From: Candidatus Zhuqueibacterota bacterium
GTDB taxonomy: Bacteria > Zhuqueibacterota > JdFR-76 > DREG01
Length of the DNA: 64,000 nt
Assembly: GCA_022566355.1 (NCBI GenBank)
Contig: JADFJB010000003.1
Location: 15,377-79,376, forward strand
Direction of reading: 5' to 3'
Position numbers and translations under genes: made by a program. Positions 48,975 to 58,102 of this stretch are shown piece after piece (positions within the stretch are counted from its first letter, which is position 1; every line of letters starts with the position of its first letter). Below the pieces are notes generated by a model, which made no database searches, was not told where the DNA came from, and was given only the letters and a program-made list of their open reading frames with translations.

Positions 48975-49386
48975 TTGTATGTTGACTCTAAAAACCAGCT
49001 TTCTTTCGAATCTTGAAAACCGATACATTGATTCCATAAATAAATATTATATTATAAACATCATTTGAGGTCAACAGAAAGTCGGTTTTCACAGTAATCA
49101 CTAGCGAAGCTTCGCCTCAACCGACAAGAAAAACAAGCTTAATAAACTCGAAATGCTAATATCGAAATTCTAAACAAATTCCAAATACACCAAACAAAAC
49201 GAAGAAACCTATTGAGGAGAGTCAATCAATTTTGCCCTGTTTTTAATTTTGTACATTGGAATTTTCGATATTGTTTAGAATCTAGAATTTTGGATTTCGA
49301 ATTTTAAATCAAAGTAATTTTATTTAATCGCAAAAAATCTTGACTCAAAATCAAAGTTGGATTTCTGATAAAACATTTAATTATAT

Positions 49387-49983
49387 ATGTTTGAAAACTT
49401 ATCTGCCGCCATCATCGCAGGGGGAAAAAGTGCCAGGTTTGGAGAGCATAAAGGGTTGGCTGTTCTAAATTCTCGACAAATGATTGACTATTCGATTGTC
49501 CTTGCAAAAGAGATCGGGTTTTCTCAATTCCTGGTATATGGCAAGGAAAATTACTTTGACCAAATTGACATACCTTGTTATTCCGATATCATCCCACATT
49601 GTGGACCAATGGGTGGGATTTATACAGCTTTGGTGAAAGCACAAACAAATTTAGTCGCAACCATTCCTTGTGATATGCCTTTTCTAACGGCAGAAGTGTA
49701 TAGATTGCTTTATGATAATTATGGGGAAAACAAGCCTGTTATTGCAGTTTCAGAAAACGGCGTAGAATCCCTGGTAGCAATATGGCCAAAAACATATGAA
49801 AGTAAATTAAGGGATGCAATTCACAAGAAAGTTTTTACAATTCATGCATTCATTCAAAATAATGATATCCCTAAAATATCCATTCCTGAATTAATGCCGG
49901 ATTATGAGGAGAAAATTTTTCTTAATATTAACACGAAAGAAGATTTAGCAGCTATCCAAAAAAATTCTTATTGGAGTAAATAA
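49387..49983 (+). CDS. mobA: molybdenum cofactor guanylyltransferase MobA
   Basis: AAIIAGGKSARFG..K... and IPCDMPFL motifs of the MobA-like NTP transferase family. Confidence 0.8.
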   Translation: MFENLSAAIIAGGKSARFGEHKGLAVLNSRQMIDYSIVLAKEIGFSQFLVYGKENYFDQIDIPCYSDIIPHCGPMGGIYTALVKAQTNLVATIPCDMPFLTAEVYRLLYDNYGENKPVIAVSENGVESLVAIWPKTYESKLRDAIHKKVFTIHAFIQNNDIPKISIPELMPDYEEKIFLNINTKEDLAAIQKNSYWSK

Positions 49984-50010
49984 TAGAATTCGTTAGAACT
50001 TACTAAATTG

Positions 50011-50391
50011 TTATATTTTCCTGTTTATCAGTTTCAGACGCGTCGCTGGAAGGCGTTTAAGTCGTTGATTTCTCGGATCAACTTCGATGCCCGCAGATTC
50101 AAGTGCAGTCACACCGAGAATAGGCTCAACGTCTTTTCCTCCAAAAATGACAGTTCCACCTACGAAATCACCCATAAATTCAATGTCAGCGGTAGTTATA
50201 TCCATTTTGATTTTACTGCCATCGGCGAGTTCATAAATTCTTTGGCCTTTGGGTTTTAGACCTATACTTTTAAGATGCTGCCCTGGAACGAGAGTATCTA
50301 TAGCACCGGTATCCACGAGAAAAAGTCCTTCCCAACTCTTGTTAGATTCAGCAGGGTTACGTATTGTGACTGTAACATGAGTGGATCCCAT
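50011..50391 (-). CDS. retropepsin-like (clan AA) aspartic protease
   Basis: Active-site motif LVDTGAIDTLV. 126 aa. The local nucleotide composition is GC-richer than the surroundings. Confidence 0.7.
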   Translation of the reverse strand: MGSTHVTVTIRNPAESNKSWEGLFLVDTGAIDTLVPGQHLKSIGLKPKGQRIYELADGSKIKMDITTADIEFMGDFVGGTVIFGGKDVEPILGVTALESAGIEVDPRNQRLKRLPATRLKLINRKI

Positions 50392-50976
50392 TATTTTACC
50401 TATCTCATAAGATAAATTTTTAACAACAATTCGATTTGATTAATTGTACGCTGACTGATCTCAGAATTATGTTTAACCATCCTTGTTTGACGAAGTGCGT
50501 TAATATATGCAGATATCCTATAAAATCAATATAAAACGCCAGGGTGCTAAATCCTTAAATCCGTGGATTACCGCTTATATGCTTATAGATATTAATGAGG
50601 TGGTGTAATTTGTTATGCAATCACGTATTTTGTTGAGCCACATAAAATAATCTAAGTAATCTAACGAATGACCAAGTTATTTTCTCAAACTACTTTTTGA
50701 TATACCTTATTAGCTATAATTTCTTGATAAGAGGAATTGGGTTTTAACAGCAAACCTATGATTAGTTTAACCTGTCTTGTGTTTATCTGCTCGTCAGTAT
50801 AAAACTTGCCGGTTCCCGGAATATTAGATGGATCCAGGCTTGAATTGCGAAGACGCCATTTCTAATCATCAAAGTCAATGTAGCCACGAAGGTTTTAATA
50901 ACTTATCGCAAATAAAAAATGTCAATGCATCTATTTTTTCTTTTTTTCTTTGTTACTCTGTGCCTTTGTGCCTTTG

Positions 50977-52197
50977 TTACTTTGTTACCACCCAGGGAAA
51001 TAAAAAAGCGTCGATAAGTTCGCCCTCGTACAAAGATACACCAGCATCAATGAGTATAAACCCATTCGCATTGACAATGGTCGAAATCATGTGCGAACCT
51101 TGTTTCTCCAAAGGATAAGCTATTGGTTTTCCTTGTGAATTTGTTGTGATTTGAACACGCATAAGATGAGCTCTGTTTAATTTGTTTTGAATAGGCTCTT
51201 GTAATTCCGCTTGCAAGGGGAAAGCGGTCTTAACTTTTCCACATAGCTGATGAATCATTGGATGGATAAAATAGGAATAACACATAAATGCTGAAACGGG
51301 ATTTCCGGGTAATCCAAACAAAAGAGTATTCTCTTTTTTAGCGAACAGAAGCGGTTTGCCTGGTTTTATCCGAACTCGCCAAAATAAAGTTTCGAATCCC
51401 ACTTTCTGTACCGCTTCTTTAATATGGTCGTGAGGTCCCACTGAAACACCGCCAGATAAAATGATGAGGTTGCAATTTTCCATAATCCGCTCAAGTAATT
51501 CGACTGTTTGATCCAGGCTATCAGGAACTTTTTCCACGGCTTTCACTAAACCGCCGGATTGTTGCAGTGCTGTGGACAGCATGATTCCATTTGAATCGCG
51601 AATTTGCCAAGGTTGTACAGGCTGATCAAATGGGACAAGTTCAGTTCCGGTAACAATTATGGCTGCTTGTGGTCTCGCATAGACGGATAATTGAGATAAG
51701 CCTACTGAAGCCAATAAAGCAATCTGGGGGGGATGGATTTCCATACCCTTGGGGATTAGAAGATCGCCTGCTTTAAATTCCTCACCTTCATAGCGAATAT
51801 TTTGTCCCTTCTTTTTAACCTGCAAAATCTTAACCATTGAGCCGGTTACTTCTACTTCTTCAATTGGGACAACCGTATCAGCACCTTCAGCCACCATGGC
51901 GCCTGTACTGATTCTAACAGCTTTACCCGATATTAATTTTTCCTGAAATGGTATTCCCGCCTGGCTTTCTCCAACGATTTTGAGAGACACCGGGTTTGCA
52001 GATGAAGTGGATCGGATATCATCCCATCGCAATGCAAAGCCATCCATGGCGCTGTTGGTATAACGGGGTGAAGGCTCCGGTGCAAGAATATCTTCTGCAG
52101 ATATTAACCCTAACGCATCTTGCAATTTTGCCGAAGTTATTTCTTTTTCCGGTAAATGATCTTGAATGATTTTAGATGCTTCTTGTATTGAAATCAT
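50977..52197 (-). CDS. moeA: molybdopterin molybdotransferase MoeA
   Basis: MoeA N-terminal and central domains plus the MoCF-binding domain with LILSGGVSVG. Confidence 0.9.
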   Translation of the reverse strand: MISIQEASKIIQDHLPEKEITSAKLQDALGLISAEDILAPEPSPRYTNSAMDGFALRWDDIRSTSSANPVSLKIVGESQAGIPFQEKLISGKAVRISTGAMVAEGADTVVPIEEVEVTGSMVKILQVKKKGQNIRYEGEEFKAGDLLIPKGMEIHPPQIALLASVGLSQLSVYARPQAAIIVTGTELVPFDQPVQPWQIRDSNGIMLSTALQQSGGLVKAVEKVPDSLDQTVELLERIMENCNLIILSGGVSVGPHDHIKEAVQKVGFETLFWRVRIKPGKPLLFAKKENTLLFGLPGNPVSAFMCYSYFIHPMIHQLCGKVKTAFPLQAELQEPIQNKLNRAHLMRVQITTNSQGKPIAYPLEKQGSHMISTIVNANGFILIDAGVSLYEGELIDAFLFPWVVTK

Positions 52198-52410
52198 ATT
52201 GGATACTCCAACTGAAGATTTACAATTATAGATTATTTTTGGATCATCATAATAATGGCGTACTTATTCTTTGCCACAGACTTGCACAGACTAAAACGGA
52301 AATGCGATCAGACAGGATTAGCATGATGAACAAGATTTATAAAGCGATAAATAAAAATGGCTAGTGCTTCTAAAACCGTTGAAACGGTTATAACTTATTG
52401 TTTTTTTGTC

Positions 52411-52440
52411 ATTAACACCTGGCTTAAGCCAGGTGTTAAT
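52411..52440. promoter_or_regulatory. 30-bp perfect palindrome (ATTAACACCTGGC-TTAA-GCCAGGTGTTAAT) in the moeA/modA divergent intergenic region, flanked by inverted GTTGAAAC motifs
   Basis: Read directly. 13-bp arms. AAACCGTTGAAACGGTT at about 52373-52389 and GGTTTCAACCG at about 52450-52462 form an outer inverted pair. Candidate operator. Confidence 0.4.
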
Positions 52441-52819
52441 AGGATTATGAATGGTTTCAACCGCTTTAGCTGTTTTTATAACCATCATTCTTCTATCTAC
52501 ATACGTTCTGTGTTTATATTGAAATTAAAGAAATATTTTTTTAAACTGATTTTTATCTGAATCAATCAACATTTTATGAGAAATTTAACGTCTTAAAATA
52601 AAGCATTCATTCAATATTTTTGGCGTAAGATTATTGAAATATTTCCTTAGATAAACTTCGATTCCTAATTGAAAAAGTACGTAGATAAATCATTAAAGAC
52701 CAGAAAGAAAAAGATTTTGAACTGTTTGAATATATCGCTAAATATAATGTCAACATTGATCCAGTTCCGTTATTTTCAAGTGAGAAATGTTAGTATGTAA
52801 TAAACATTCTGAAAATACC

Positions 52820-52885
52820 TTAATTAGCTGTCGTTTCGAGGCAGCGTCGTGAACGTAGTCGAACGGAGTTTACGATGAGAAATCT
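52820..52885 (+). mobile_element. partial MITE-like element: TTAATTAG terminus plus about 55-bp core, inverted copy of 12761..12824
   Basis: ttaattagctgtcgtttcgaggcagcgtcgtgaacgtagtcgaacggagtttacgatgagaaatct. Shares its TTAATTAG terminus with the intact MITE at 18782. Confidence 0.5.
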
Positions 52886-53026
52886 ATTGATCCAAAAAAT
52901 ATAACTTGTAAAAGGCAAGATTTTTCCTCCTTGAGTTTTGTAATTGTTAAATGACCCTAGCCAATAAACGTTTGAATAATAGTACGCATTTGTTTAAATT
53001 GCAAGGCTTAAAAGTAACATTAGAAT

Positions 53027-53788
53027 ATGAAGTCTATCACAAAAATAATAATACTTTTTAATTTCTTCCTGAGTTTAGCAATCCAGGTCTATGCACAAGA
53101 ACTAACTATTGCGGTTGCCGCAAATGTTCAGTTTACCATGGAAGAAATTCAAAAAGAATTTACCAAAAAAACAGGCATTCCACTAAACACAGTGATCGGT
53201 TCATCCGGAAAGTTAACGGCTCAAATTAATAATGGCGCTCCCTTTGATGTATTTTTGTCTGCAGACATGAAATATCCTGAATTCTTATTTGCAAATAAAA
53301 AAGCTGTTACAGAACCTGAAATTTATGCACATGGCAGTTTGGTATTGTGGACACGAAAAGATCTGGAATTGATGGATCTGGTCTCGGTTTTAAAAGATGA
53401 AAGAGTACAGAAAATTGCTATAGCCAAACCTAAAACCGCTCCCTATGGCCGGGAATCTTTGAGAGTTTTACATCTCCACAAAATTTTTGATGCAATCGAA
53501 GACAAGCTGGTATATGCCGGAAGTATTGCACAAGTTAATCAGTACGTGGATTCCAAAGTGGTGGATATCGGCTTCACGGCAAAATCTGCGGTGTTGTCCG
53601 AGAAATTGCTTGGGAAAGGCGCATGGCTGGAAATTGATCCAGCCGATTATATGCCAATCGATCAGGGTGTGGTTATTTTGAAGCATGGACTACAAAAATA
53701 TCCTGAAGAGAGCAGGTTATTTTATGATTTCCTTTTCTCAGATAGGGCCAAAGATATTTTCAAAAAGAACGGTTACCGATTGCCATGA
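53027..53788 (+). CDS. modA: molybdate ABC transporter substrate-binding protein ModA
   Basis: Signal peptide. ModA family pattern (LTIAVAANVQFTMEEI...GSSGKLTAQI..GAPFDVFLSAD). Confidence 0.9.
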   Translation: MKSITKIIILFNFFLSLAIQVYAQELTIAVAANVQFTMEEIQKEFTKKTGIPLNTVIGSSGKLTAQINNGAPFDVFLSADMKYPEFLFANKKAVTEPEIYAHGSLVLWTRKDLELMDLVSVLKDERVQKIAIAKPKTAPYGRESLRVLHLHKIFDAIEDKLVYAGSIAQVNQYVDSKVVDIGFTAKSAVLSEKLLGKGAWLEIDPADYMPIDQGVVILKHGLQKYPEESRLFYDFLFSDRAKDIFKKNGYRLP

Positions 53789-54189
53789 ATAAACTCAAGG
53801 CTGAAATTGTTCGGATCGATTCTTCAAAAGATATCTCATTGGTTGATTTAAAAGTCAAAAACGATATTTTTTCGTGTGTGGTTATTGAGACTCCCGAGAC
53901 AGCTGATTATCTAAAAATTGGAAATCAAGTGACCATTTTATTCAAGGAAACTGAGGTTGCTATCGGTAAGAATCTTTCCGGTGAAATAAGTTTACGGAAC
54001 CGGGTTCAGTCAATTATTAAACATATTGAAAAGGGTGAAGTCTTAACCAGGTTAGTCTTAGATTATGAAGGAGTCGATATTGGATCCATCATCACAACTC
54101 GTTCGGCAAATCGTTTGAAGTTGGAGAAAGGGGATGAAGTCGTTGGATTAATCAAAGCGAATGAAGTTTCAATTTTAGAGGGAGATTGA
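53785..54189 (+). CDS. tandem TOBE (Mop-like) molybdate-binding protein
   Basis: Two TOBE repeats (SxxNxLxG pattern: SCVVIETPETADYLKIGNQVTILFKETEV; LTRLVLDYEGVDIGSIITTRSANRLKLEKGDEVVGLIKANEV). No DNA-binding domain. Confidence 0.8.
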   Translation: MNKLKAEIVRIDSSKDISLVDLKVKNDIFSCVVIETPETADYLKIGNQVTILFKETEVAIGKNLSGEISLRNRVQSIIKHIEKGEVLTRLVLDYEGVDIGSIITTRSANRLKLEKGDEVVGLIKANEVSILEGD

Positions 54190-54190
54190 A

Positions 54191-54862
54191 TTGGAATTCA
54201 ACCTGTCGCCACTAATTCTGACATTCAAACTCGCTATCATTACAACTTTTTTCCTTTTGTTAATCGGATTGCCCCTGGCGTATTGGTTAACGTATTGGAA
54301 GAATAAAAGTAAATATTTGCTGCAAACTTTAGTGAGTATGCCACTCGTTCTGCCTCCAACCGTAATCGGATTCTATTTGCTCATTGCCTTTAATCCGGAA
54401 AATTTCTTTGGCAGATTTTTGCTATCGGTTTTTGATATTCAATTGGTGTTTTCATTCGAAGGACTTGTGGTCGCTTCCATGATTTATAGTTTACCATTTA
54501 TGGTTAATCCCATTCAAGCAGGATTGCAGAGTTTACCGGCTTCTATTATGGAGGCATCTTACACACTGGGAAAATCTAAACTGAAAACGTTTACGCATGT
54601 GCTGATCCCTAATATTAAGCCATCCTTAATAACCGGCATCATCATTAGTTTTGCACATACTGTTGGTGAATTTGGCGTGATCTTGATGATTGGTGGGAGT
54701 ATCCCCGGTAAAACCAGGGTTGCCTCAATAGCTATTTACGACGAGGTGGAAGCCCTCAATTATGACAATGCACATTATTATTCATTGATTTTATTTGCGA
54801 TCACGTTTGTCATTTTACTTGCAGTTTATATTTTTAATCGCAGGTATTTGAAGGCATTTTAG
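54191..54862 (+). CDS. modB: molybdate ABC transporter permease ModB
   Basis: 6 TM segments. EAA-type loop (EASYTLGKSKLKTFTHVLIPNIKPSLITG). Confidence 0.9.
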   Translation: MEFNLSPLILTFKLAIITTFFLLLIGLPLAYWLTYWKNKSKYLLQTLVSMPLVLPPTVIGFYLLIAFNPENFFGRFLLSVFDIQLVFSFEGLVVASMIYSLPFMVNPIQAGLQSLPASIMEASYTLGKSKLKTFTHVLIPNIKPSLITGIIISFAHTVGEFGVILMIGGSIPGKTRVASIAIYDEVEALNYDNAHYYSLILFAITFVILLAVYIFNRRYLKAF

Positions 54863-55099
54863 GATTGAAATATTTTCAAAGAGACATGAAGGACACGGAG
54901 GAAGAAGAATGAAGAAAGAAAAAAGATAAAAGAAAAAACCAAAAAAAAGGAAAAGACGATTATTTTTGGTGAATTTGTATCCACAATTACCGCGGTAGGG
55001 TAAATATTTGTAACACTATTCGCCAATAAAAATTGAAGAACCCCGGAAGGGTTCCATATAAACAAACTTACCCAAAAGATAAATATCTTTCATAATTTA

Positions 55100-55978
55100 A
55101 TGATAAAAATTAAAGTTACAAAAACCCTACAAGATCCAGAAGGTGAATTTCAACTGAACCTGGATGTGGAGATTAATGATAATGAATTCATTACCTTGTA
55201 TGGTAAATCCGGTGCGGGCAAAACCACGACACTACGGATTTTAGCGGGATTGTTGAATCCCGATTTTGGCACGGTCCATGTCGATGATGAAGTCTGGTAT
55301 GACAGTAAACATGGCGTGAATTTAACTCCCCAACAAAGAGGGATCGGTCTGGTTTTCCAGGACTATGCTTTATTTCCCAACATGACCGTGCGGAAAAATC
55401 TCGAATATTCGTTAGATTCAAAAAAGGATTTCCAAATCATCGATACTTTGTTAGAATTAATGGGCCTGGAAAACCTGGCAAGCCGTAAGCCCAATTCGCT
55501 TTCAGGAGGACAACAACAACGGGTTGCTTTGGCTCGTGCTTTGGTACGCAAACCAAAACTTCTCCTTCTCGATGAACCTTTATCAGCTTTGGATATGGAA
55601 ATGAGATCCAAGCTGCAAGATGAAATTTTAAAGATCCATCACGAATTTGCCATCACGACGATCCTGGTTAGCCACAGTTTCGCGGAAATATTTAAACTAT
55701 CGAACCGAGTGTTTGTGATTGATAAAGGAAAAATCACCAAGACCGGAAATCCTGCTGATATTTTCATAGACAGGAAATTAAGCGGTAAATTTAAGTTTGA
55801 AGGCAAAATCCTGGCGTTGCAAAAAAGTGATGTCGTTTATATCGCAACAATTTCTATTGGAAATAACATTGTAAAAGTAATTGCTTCAGATGAAGAAGCG
55901 CGGCAATTCAATATTGGTGATCGAGTGGTGGTTTCCTCGAAGGCGTTTAATCCGATTTTGATGAAAATTGATCCTTAA
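55100..55978 (+). CDS. modC: molybdate ABC transporter ATP-binding protein ModC with C-terminal TOBE domain
   Basis: Walker A GKSGAGKTT, signature LSGGQQQRVALARAL, Walker B LLLLDEPLSALD. A C-terminal TOBE-like tail. Confidence 0.9.
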   Translation: MIKIKVTKTLQDPEGEFQLNLDVEINDNEFITLYGKSGAGKTTTLRILAGLLNPDFGTVHVDDEVWYDSKHGVNLTPQQRGIGLVFQDYALFPNMTVRKNLEYSLDSKKDFQIIDTLLELMGLENLASRKPNSLSGGQQQRVALARALVRKPKLLLLDEPLSALDMEMRSKLQDEILKIHHEFAITTILVSHSFAEIFKLSNRVFVIDKGKITKTGNPADIFIDRKLSGKFKFEGKILALQKSDVVYIATISIGNNIVKVIASDEEARQFNIGDRVVVSSKAFNPILMKIDP

Positions 55979-56245
55979 GGGTTCTCGGTTGTGTTGGGTG
56001 GGGGAAATATAATTAAACTATAGAAAAAATGGACTACACGCATGTTATGAACACGAGCATTAAGTTTGCACCGTACATCGAGCGAGTATTTGCGGATGAT
56101 TTAAGAGTGAACAAATCTATGTCCGAATGTTACGCGATAAGTTCAGTTCTCAAATAAAGTCTCTTCGTTTTCAAACTAACCCTTAAGTTTCATGAGAATA
56201 AACCACTTTCACTTTTCCCCATACACACTTTCCAGCAATGCATCA

Positions 56246-56548
56246 CTAACTAATTCCCATTGAACTAAAACTGCCGTCATTATAGATATTTTGTAGGATG
56301 ATTTTGCGGGTCAAATCAGATAGCAGCACAACGACCAAATCGGCGCATTCTTCTGCTGTGGCATTACCGAGGGGAGATAATTTTTCCGCAAAGTCATAGA
56401 GATAGAGATGATTGAAGCCCTCTATTCCGCTACCTGCTGTGGTTTTTGTTGGGCTTTGCGATAGCGTATTCACACAAATTCCTCGATTGTCTAACCTGGC
56501 GCCAAAGTTTCTGGCTATACTTTCAAGCAAAGCTTTCACATCGGACAT
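56246..56548 (-). pseudogene. diverged duplicate of the fabI 3' end (C-terminal about 100 codons), gene fragment
   Basis: Translation MSDVKALLESIARNFGARLDNRGICVNTLSQSPTKTTAGSGIEGFNHLYLYDFAEKLSPLGNATAEECADLVVVLLSDLTRKIILQNIYNDGSFSSMGIS aligns with the FabI C-terminus (57272..58102). By eye the two copies are close to 90 percent identical over about 335 nt, with one 6-nt indel. Confidence 0.8.
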
Positions 56549-56723
56549 GTCGGGATACTCGGTGTTGTGGATGGATTAGAGTTGGGTGGCTCCGCACTTA
56601 TCCGAATAGACTTTTAAGAAAAATTAGCGCTCAATCAGCTAAATCTTTATTTGATTCAGTAGTTAATATTTCCTATTTATTACTTAACGAATCTCGACCA
56701 AGAACAAGCACGAGGAGTTTTCT

Positions 56724-56942
56724 ATGGGAAATCCAAAAACAATTCTTGAACAAGCTTTAAAAATGAAACCTGCTGATAAGTTTTTATTAATTGAAGGATT
56801 ATTGAATAGTCTAGACGAGCCTGACAAAACCATTGATGGAATTTGGGCTATTGAGGCAGAAAAACGGTTAGAAGCCTACAAACAAGGAAAATTAAAAACG
56901 GTATCATATGAGGAAATATTTGATGAAAAAAATACAAAGTAA
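56724..56942 (+). CDS. putative type II antitoxin (addiction-module component, TIGR02574-like)
   Basis: 72 aa. ...ADKFLLIEGLLNSLDEPDKTIDGIWAIEAEKRLEAYKQGKLKTVSYEEIF is the pattern of the ParE-partner addiction-module antidote family. Its stop overlaps the start of the toxin gene. Confidence 0.6.
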   Translation: MGNPKTILEQALKMKPADKFLLIEGLLNSLDEPDKTIDGIWAIEAEKRLEAYKQGKLKTVSYEEIFDEKNTK

Positions 56943-57231
56943 TGAAAATTCAAATATCCGACTTTGCTCATAAAGAACTCGAAGAAGCAATATACTTCTA
57001 TGAATTAGAACAACAAGGATTAGGTCGAAGGTTTAAAAAAGAAATTCAAAAAGCCATTGATCGCATTATAAAGTACCCAAAGGCATGGCCATTTGAAAGA
57101 AGCGAAATCAGAAAATGCTTAGTTCACAAATTTCCCTACAAATATTATATTCTTTACAATCTCCCGACATCGTCATTCTTGCAATAGCTCACCAACACAG
57201 AAGACCAGGGTACTGGATAAATAGTATTTAA
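56942..57231 (+). CDS. RelE/ParE-family type II toxin; 3' end reached only after correcting a 1-nt frameshift at CCC 57163-57165
   Basis: The track ORF 56942..57187 ends ...KFPYKYYILYNLPTSSFLQ*. The +2 frame reads ...DIVILAIAHQHRRPGYWINSI*, the canonical ParE/RelE C-terminus. CCC to CCCC gives a contiguous protein of about 96 aa. Confidence 0.7.
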
Positions 57232-57271
57232 AACAAGTTATTATCCTCCGCTTATCCTGCCTTCGGAATAA

Positions 57272-58102
57272 TCAACTATCCTTCTCACCATACACAGATT
57301 CTATCAGCGCATCACTAATTCCCATGGAACTAAAACCGCCATCATTATAAATGTTTTGCATGGTGATTTTCCGGGTTAAATCGGAGAGTAATACAACAAC
57401 CAAATCGGCGCATTCTTCTGCGCTGGCATTTCCGAGAGGGGATAGTTTTTCCGCAAAATCGTACAGGTGATTGAATCCCTCAATGCCGCTACCTGCTGTG
57501 GTTTTTGTTGGGCTTTGGGAGATAGTATTCACACGAATTCCTCGATTGCCTAACCTGGATCCAAAGTTTCTGGCTATACTTTCAAGCAAAGCTTTCGCAT
57601 CGGCCATGTCTGAGTATTTTGAAAAGATTCTCTGGGCGCCAATGTAACTTAAGGCAACTATACTAGCGCCATTGTTCAGCACCTCCGCTTGCATTGCCGC
57701 TGAGATCATTCGATGCAATGACATTGCAGAAACATCCAGTGTCTTGTGGTACCAATCGTAATTCAGTTCCTGGTAGCCTTTTTTCTTACGAACGTTAGGA
57801 GACATGCCAATGGAATGAATAATGAAGTCGATTGAACCGAATTGGCTTTTAACTTCAGCAAAAGTGTTGTCTAAATCTTCTGTAGAGCTGGCGTCGCAGG
57901 TAATTAAGGGAGCATCGCCACATTGTTTTGATAATTCTTCAATATTACTTAGTCTGAATGCAACTTTGATATTGGAAACCGCAAATTGGGCGCCTTCCCG
58001 ATAAGCGGCGAGGGCAATCTGCCAACCGATACTGCTTTTATCCAATGGCCCAAAGATAATTCCTTTTTTCCCTTTTAGTAAGCCGTAACTTTTTTCATTC
58101 AT
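57272..58102 (-). CDS. fabI: enoyl-[acyl-carrier-protein] reductase (NADH) FabI
   Basis: SDR fold matching the FabI pattern (LLKGKKGIIFG..., LSYIGAQR, Y..M..AKA, RVNTISQSP.KT.A.SGI, ...DGGFS). Confidence 0.85.
   Translation of the reverse strand: MNEKSYGLLKGKKGIIFGPLDKSSIGWQIALAAYREGAQFAVSNIKVAFRLSNIEELSKQCGDAPLITCDASSTEDLDNTFAEVKSQFGSIDFIIHSIGMSPNVRKKKGYQELNYDWYHKTLDVSAMSLHRMISAAMQAEVLNNGASIVALSYIGAQRIFSKYSDMADAKALLESIARNFGSRLGNRGIRVNTISQSPTKTTAGSGIEGFNHLYDFAEKLSPLGNASAEECADLVVVLLSDLTRKITMQNIYNDGGFSSMGISDALIESVYGEKDS

Noticed and set aside
12761-52885. A 40-kb composite transposon or island bounded by the inverted 55-bp repeats
   Set aside because: The interior is core metabolism (PDH is outside it, but the transsulfuration, Mo and sulfur genes are inside) with no transposase at either end. 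Both copies are partial. Dispersed MITE fragments are more parsimonious.
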